IMG/VR virus record: IMGVR_UViG_3300028888_000086
Length of the DNA: 64,000 nucleotides
Reading direction: 5' to 3' (one strand)
Origin: a virus
Lineage: Duplodnaviria > Heunggongvirae > Uroviricota > Caudoviricetes
Of the stretch, positions 59,851 to 64,000 are shown piece by piece (the stretch's first letter is position 1; each line of letters begins with the position of its first letter). Below the pieces are notes generated by a model. The model did no database searches, was not told the DNA's origin, and saw nothing but the letters and a program-made list of their open reading frames with translations. The position numbers and the translations under genes were made by a program.

Positions 59851-60759
59851 TCATATTTGAATATTATTAAATAAAGATAATGCTTCAGATAGCAAGTAAA
59901 CAAAATTCTGTTTATTGCCAACATAACCTTCGTAAATTCTTCTGCTATTAAGGAAATGCCAACCATCATCTTCACCTAAAGTAAGAATATTAAAATACCT
60001 CTTATTATTAGATACAATAGCGATTCCCCCATTACTATCAAGAGCATATACTCTAACAATATTACTATCCCTATATACTCTTGTAATTGGAAAATTAGTA
60101 TACATTCCATCTTGACCACCAACTTCTCTCCATATTTTTGACATATCGCTGTTAATAGTACAATCAAGCTCTAAATCTTCAGATATATCTTGTTTTGTGG
60201 CCATTTCTTTTCTATAATTAAAGACTTCTTCTCGATTTTTATCATAATCTTTAATATAAAATAATGGAATTTCAATAATGTTAGTCTTTTCAATTTTTGC
60301 CATAAACTTTTATTTATTATTCAATTTATACATATCCTCAGGTGCTTCTAATGCCAATCCTTTTTCAATTAATCCTCTATAATCAAAGTAATGTGCGTTA
60401 AGCCAATTAAATAAAGTTATATATTCTTCTGTTGGACACTCTGTTTCATCATCCCACAGCCCTTGACGATGATATCTGATCTGTACTTGTCCACTCCAGA
60501 TATTCCAAACATATTTTTTTGATAATTCTTTTTTCTCCTCATCTGTCATTGATGATAAAGATCGGAGATAAGGCTTGACATCTTCTATTGTATAAGTTAG
60601 TCCAAAATCATCCATAATATCACAATGTCCATCTTCTTCATCAATAAACAGGCATTGAATTATATGATACTGTCTGACTGTACCACAATATATTTTTATT
60701 TTATAAGGAAACCTCGCACATAGGTCTTTTAGTAATAGTTCCTTTTCTTCTTGTGTCAT
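59851..60759 (-). CDS. two hypothetical proteins (59851-60303, 60310-60759)
   Basis: 150- and 149-aa ORFs. Confidence 0.5.
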
Positions 60760-60766
60760 AATTAAA

Positions 60767-61207
60767 TTAACTTAAAATTAATCTTATTGATAATAGTTCA
60801 ACTTGTTTATAAATTCCACAAAGTTTTAGAACATGTTGAAGTTCATGGACATACCTAATATGAATACCATCTACATGACAATACTGACAACTTATCTCAA
60901 CAAAGAAATTAGAAGGGTCGTCCATATATACACTAACAAACATTCTTTCGTCTGGTGTTTCTTGATGACTCCACACATAGGTATTATCACAACAGTCTAT
61001 CTCTTTAATAGACGTAATGCTTTTAGGTATTCTGTTTTTCTTAAACCCATTCTTTTCAAGGATTTCTGGAATGAGTGGTACTGGTTGGAAATTAAATATA
61101 TCATCATCAGATAAAGAGAAAGTTTCTTCTGTAACTTGAAAATAATATTTCTTTCCCTATGCTTCCCAACTATACCAACCCCCAATCATTAACTCTTCTT
61201 TTTTCAT
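60767..61207 (-). pseudogene. 147-codon gene with a single in-frame TAG (~61157-61159) between MKKEELMIGGWYSWEA and GKKYYFQVTEETF...; could be a pseudogene, a sequencing error or programmed readthrough
   Basis: One frame stays open from ATG 61207 to stop 60767 except for one amber. The track splits it into 60767-60976 (GTG start) and an out-of-frame 60997-61185. Confidence 0.4.
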
Positions 61208-61213
61208 CTTATT

Positions 61214-61696
61214 TTATATTAATAATATATTTTTAATTTTTAATGCTTTTTCAATTGGAATTAATACACTTTTTGGTATACGTGGTTCACTTAAATACCA
61301 ACATGCGCATTTTATAGGTTCATCATAATCCCAATCTTTTCCAACATAAGCACAATCTTTTCTAGGAGATCCAGCACAACATTTTTCATCACCTTCTTTG
61401 TTTTCATATCCACAAGAAAACTCACGAAGTTCATACAATTCTCCTACAGGTGTGAGTTTTTTATCATGTTTTTCAATTAACTCTTTTGTATAATTATATG
61501 GTTCACCAATTAATGTTTTTGGATGTGGCTTATTATACCAAGAGAGACATCTATTATCGTGAGGAGCTCCAGGTATAAACGCATACTCTACATATCTGCC
61601 CTTTTCATCTTCACGTAAATAAACATATTTATCTAATTCGTGATATAGAGTAGCCTCTAATTCTAATTTTTCTAGATCTTCTTTAGTTGGTATCAT
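61214..61696 (-). CDS. Cys-rich hypothetical protein
   Basis: 160 aa; CxxC-like pairs (CCAGSPRKDC, CACW). Confidence 0.5.
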   Translation of the reverse strand: MIPTKEDLEKLELEATLYHELDKYVYLREDEKGRYVEYAFIPGAPHDNRCLSWYNKPHPKTLIGEPYNYTKELIEKHDKKLTPVGELYELREFSCGYENKEGDEKCCAGSPRKDCAYVGKDWDYDEPIKCACWYLSEPRIPKSVLIPIEKALKIKNILLI

Positions 61697-61741
61697 ATTA
61701 TATTATATTTTCATAGTTAAGGGTTTGACTAAAAAAAAATA

Positions 61742-61770
61742 AGAGGAGTTTATTTCCTCTTTATTATTGT
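61742..61770 (-). terminator. hairpin AGAGGAGTTTATTTCCTCT plus U-run (on the minus strand) ending the minus-strand tRNA operon
   Basis: Inverted repeat with adjacent A9 on the plus strand, which is a T-run on the minus strand. Confidence 0.55.
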
Positions 61771-61774
61771 TGTG

Positions 61775-61848
61775 TCGGAACGAAAGGATTTGAACCTTCG
61801 ACATCTTGGTCCCAAACCAAGCATTCTACCGAGCTGAATTACGTTCCG
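61775..61848 (-). tRNA. tRNA-Pro(UGG)
   Basis: Acceptor CGGAACG/CGTTCCG, anticodon arm CTTGG TTTGGGA CCAAG, T-arm GAAGGTTCAAATCCTTT. Confidence 0.8.
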
Positions 61849-61876
61849 AAGTTTTTTGTTATTTGTTTTGAAAATG

Positions 61877-61962
61877 CGGAGGCTACTGGGCTCGAACCAG
61901 TGCGTCCTTTCAGACCTACCAGTTTAGCAAACTGGCCCCTTCACCAACTTGGGTAAGCCTCC
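61877..61962 (-). tRNA. tRNA-Ser(GCU), class II
   Basis: Acceptor GGAGGCT/AGCCTCC, anticodon arm CCAGT TTGCTAA ACTGG, long variable arm, T-arm CTGGTTCGAGCCCAG. Confidence 0.8.
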
Positions 61963-61979
61963 ATTTGTTATTTATCTTG

Positions 61980-62052
61980 AGTAGTAGACGGGTCTCGAAC
62001 CCGCGACCTCGAACTTGGAAGGATCGCGCTCTACCAACTGAGCTACTACTAC
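61980..62052 (-). tRNA. tRNA-Gly(UCC)
   Basis: Acceptor GTAGTAG/CTACTAC, D-arm GCTCAGTTGGTAGAGC, anticodon loop CTTCCAA, T-arm GCGGGTTCGAGACCCGT. Confidence 0.75.
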
Positions 62053-62078
62053 TTGTTATATTTATGATGTGAAACTTT

Positions 62079-62162
62079 TTACAAATAGTAGAAGTGGGTG
62101 GATTCGAACCACCGAACCTATAAAGGAGCGGATTTACAGTCCGCCGCAATTGACCAACTATG
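62079..62162 (-). tRNA. tRNA-Tyr(GUA), bacterial-type with long variable arm
   Basis: Acceptor AGAGGTG/CACTTCT (one G.U), anticodon arm GCGGA CTGTAAA TCCGC, T-arm GGTGGTTCGAATCCACC. Confidence 0.75.
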
Positions 62163-62259
62163 CGACACCTCTACAATCACCAACTATAAGGATTTCAAGG
62201 CTTTCAAACTGCAATAAATAAAATATAAAATAAAGGGATAGAATAAATCCCTTTATCAA

Positions 62260-62733
62260 TTAATTGCATATGTTCCACTTTCCACCTGATGTTCCCCAAA
62301 TAATATTTCTATCATCAAAAGTGGGATAAGGCGATATCGATGGTGGAAATAAATATTGTAATTGATTTGATATATAATAGAATTTATCTTCTAAAGACTT
62401 AATATCTTTTTTACAAGATTCTAATTCTTGTTTATACTTATTTATTTCTTCATCTTTTTCTTTTAAGAATTCTTTTATGAGATTTTCTGGATTATCTATA
62501 TTCTCTTCTATAAATCTAAATAAATACATTTTCATAATTTCTATAGTTTCATCTTTATCTAAAATCTCATTTATTCTCTTAGTAAGTTCTTCTTTTATTA
62601 TTTTATCATCTACGTTGTTGCTGTTAGAACATAGATTTTCTATTAGTCCATCCCAAGTAGTAGCACTGGCTCCGGTGTATAGTTTATTATCAGTAATAAC
62701 ACTATTAGGTACTTTCATTTTAATTCCTTCCAT
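62260..62733 (-). CDS. hypothetical coiled-coil protein
   Basis: 157-aa ORF. Confidence 0.5.
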   Translation of the reverse strand: MEGIKMKVPNSVITDNKLYTGASATTWDGLIENLCSNSNNVDDKIIKEELTKRINEILDKDETIEIMKMYLFRFIEENIDNPENLIKEFLKEKDEEINKYKQELESCKKDIKSLEDKFYYISNQLQYLFPPSISPYPTFDDRNIIWGTSGGKWNICN

Positions 62734-62737
62734 TATT

Positions 62738-63469
62738 TTAGTTTATTTTTCCTTGAGGGTTATGATTTATTTTATAAGGTGCTTCAAACAATTCCATAAT
62801 TCCTAAACACCTATAAACTATATTATTATAGGATCCAGAGTAATGTGTATGATAATGACCATAAAACCAATAATCAGTATTTATAGACTCTAATACATAA
62901 TTTAAATATTTTCTGGAATCTATAATATTTTTATATTGATATTCTGGTAAGTTACCTCTTTTTATTATTGGTTCAAAACATAGAGGAGCTTCATGAGAGA
63001 TTATAATATCTACTCTTCCTGGTAAATCATTATATTTTTTCTCAATAACTTCATTTTCCCACCAACAAGGTAATTTATGTTTTCTTTTTCTTATTTCATT
63101 ATCTTTTATTCTATCTTCTATATCAGTACTATTGGCTCCACCTATTGTATATATTTTTCTTCCTGATATATTATAAATTTTATGATCTTCAAGAAATTCT
63201 AATCTTTTATAATTTTTTGGATTTATAAAAAAGCTAGGGTCATCATGATTTCCTCTAATTGTATGAAGGTTAATATCATTTTTCTCTAATCTTTTTTCTA
63301 CATTTTTATAAACACTATTCAATGTTTTATCAAAGCCAACTCCAAAATCACCTAATATTATAACATCAGCTTTATTTATATTAAATCTCTCTGTTAAATT
63401 ATAAACCAAATTTTTTAATTCTCCATGTATATCTCCACAAAAGATTAATAATCTATCGTCGTCATTCAT
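62738..63469 (-). CDS. calcineurin-like metallophosphoesterase
   Basis: The three classic motifs of the phosphoesterase fold are present: GDIHGE, GDFGVGFD and GNHD, later followed by SHEAP and GHYHTHYS. Confidence 0.65.
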   Translation of the reverse strand: MNDDDRLLIFCGDIHGELKNLVYNLTERFNINKADVIILGDFGVGFDKTLNSVYKNVEKRLEKNDINLHTIRGNHDDPSFFINPKNYKRLEFLEDHKIYNISGRKIYTIGGANSTDIEDRIKDNEIRKRKHKLPCWWENEVIEKKYNDLPGRVDIIISHEAPLCFEPIIKRGNLPEYQYKNIIDSRKYLNYVLESINTDYWFYGHYHTHYSGSYNNIVYRCLGIMELFEAPYKINHNPQGKIN

Positions 63470-63678
63470 ATTAAATTTGGGTCATTTAAAATTAATTCCA
63501 TAAGTTCTCTTTTTTCTTCAAAATTTAATTTTTTATAGAGCTCCGGTAAAGCTTTATGCATTTTTATTTCTCCTATAGCTATAGATATCATACTATCATC
63601 TGAAATTATATTTATATCTTTAGAATAATAATTACCATAATCATCTGGGTAAAATATTTTACTATAGTGTTCTTCCAT
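63466..63678 (-). CDS. small hypothetical protein
   Basis: 70-aa ORF coupled to the phosphoesterase gene. Confidence 0.4.
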   Translation of the reverse strand: MEEHYSKIFYPDDYGNYYSKDINIISDDSMISIAIGEIKMHKALPELYKKLNFEEKRELMELILNDPNLI

Positions 63679-64000
63679 ATTTAAATATCTATTTTTAAAA
63701 TCATATCTAAAAACTTCATTTTACCATCTGATGATAATTTCTTGTAATCATTAGCTAATTTATTAATCAAATCCGATTCGTAGATAATACTACTTTGTTG
63801 AATATCAGCAGTGGTAGTAGCTGTAGCTGTATTATAATAATATGCTTTCATTTAATTCATTTTTTATTTCAGTTGTTAATATATAATCCATTATTTTATA
63901 TTTAGTATCTATATCTGCTTTATTAAATAAATCAACAAAATCAATAAAAACTTTATTTTGACCTTTTGTATACGCTCTTATATGCTTATTAAAAGATTCT

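Noticed and set aside
2772-60167. Short antisense ORFs inside longer genes (2772-3002, 7433-7618, 10020-10220, 15364-15564, 17378-17593, 18721-19038, 19119-19301, 25551-25772, 32508-32690, 34452-34828, 43818-44156, 46937-47167, 48174-48380, 49601-49843, 50084-50269, 54461-54643, 55174-55389, 58547-58729, 59976-60167, 60833-61114, 62477-62806)
   Set aside because: They are low complexity, lie on the opposite strand of well-supported genes, and have no promoter motif. They are typical of AT-rich antisense sequence.
61916-62149. 77-aa minus-strand ORF
   Set aside because: It lies entirely within the tRNA-Ser, tRNA-Gly and tRNA-Tyr cluster.
1-64000. Eukaryotic giant virus (NCLDV) origin
   Set aside because: The RNAP is bacterial-type (DFDGDQ rather than DFDGDEMN; NRYGGKGV). 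tRNA-Tyr and tRNA-Ser are class II bacterial-type. There are bacterial operon partners (NfeD-flotillin) and translational coupling via ATGA overlaps. A bacteriophage or bacterial mobile element is more likely.
1-64000. Alternative genetic code (TGA or TAG as sense codon)
   Set aside because: Long conserved genes (rpoB/C exons, the 838-, 991- and 1142-aa ORFs) are intact under the standard code. Only one isolated in-frame TAG was seen, and it is reported separately as a finding.

Overview
AT-rich window (~25-28% GC) from a large virus-like genome, most consistent with a jumbo bacteriophage. It encodes a bacterial-type multisubunit RNA polymerase (beta with ...NRYGGKGVIS; beta' with the Zn-finger CxCGK...CxxCG and DFDGDQ), a family A DNA polymerase, an AAA+ ATPase, SF2 helicases, and bacterial-type tRNAs (tRNA-Tyr has a long variable arm). 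No Shine-Dalgarno sequences precede the genes. Instead a conserved motif AAAGCCTTATATATGTA lies 10-25 nt upstream of start codons, usually right after a hairpin plus T-run terminator. The main feature is a very high load of self-splicing group I introns. I infer seven, in two families. Family 1 shares the core elements R=CAACGACUAUCC and S=GAUGAAGAUAUAGUCUA. It interrupts rpoB-like (1 intron), rpoC-like (2 introns flanking a 78-nt mini-exon; one carries a homing-endonuclease ORF) and the PolA gene (2 introns). Family 2 shares AAUACCGAGCUAA. It interrupts tRNA-Leu(UAA) at the canonical U34/A35 site and splits the Walker A codons of the AAA+ ATPase gene. Other notable content: an NfeD-flotillin (SPFH) operon with atypically high GC (~40%); two giant proteins with N-terminal tandem repeats fused to SF2 helicase (one also has a C-terminal SAM methyltransferase); an AIPR-like abortive-infection protein; an RNA-repair set (Thg1-like, LigT/2H-phosphoesterase-like, two tRNA clusters); a GMP reductase-like enzyme; a RyR-domain protein; a tandem 450-bp non-coding repeat; several promoter-to-terminator units that look like small RNAs; and one gene with an in-frame amber codon. 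My hand-derived coordinates (intron and exon boundaries, motifs) are approximate to a few nt. CDS coordinates come from the supplied ORF track.
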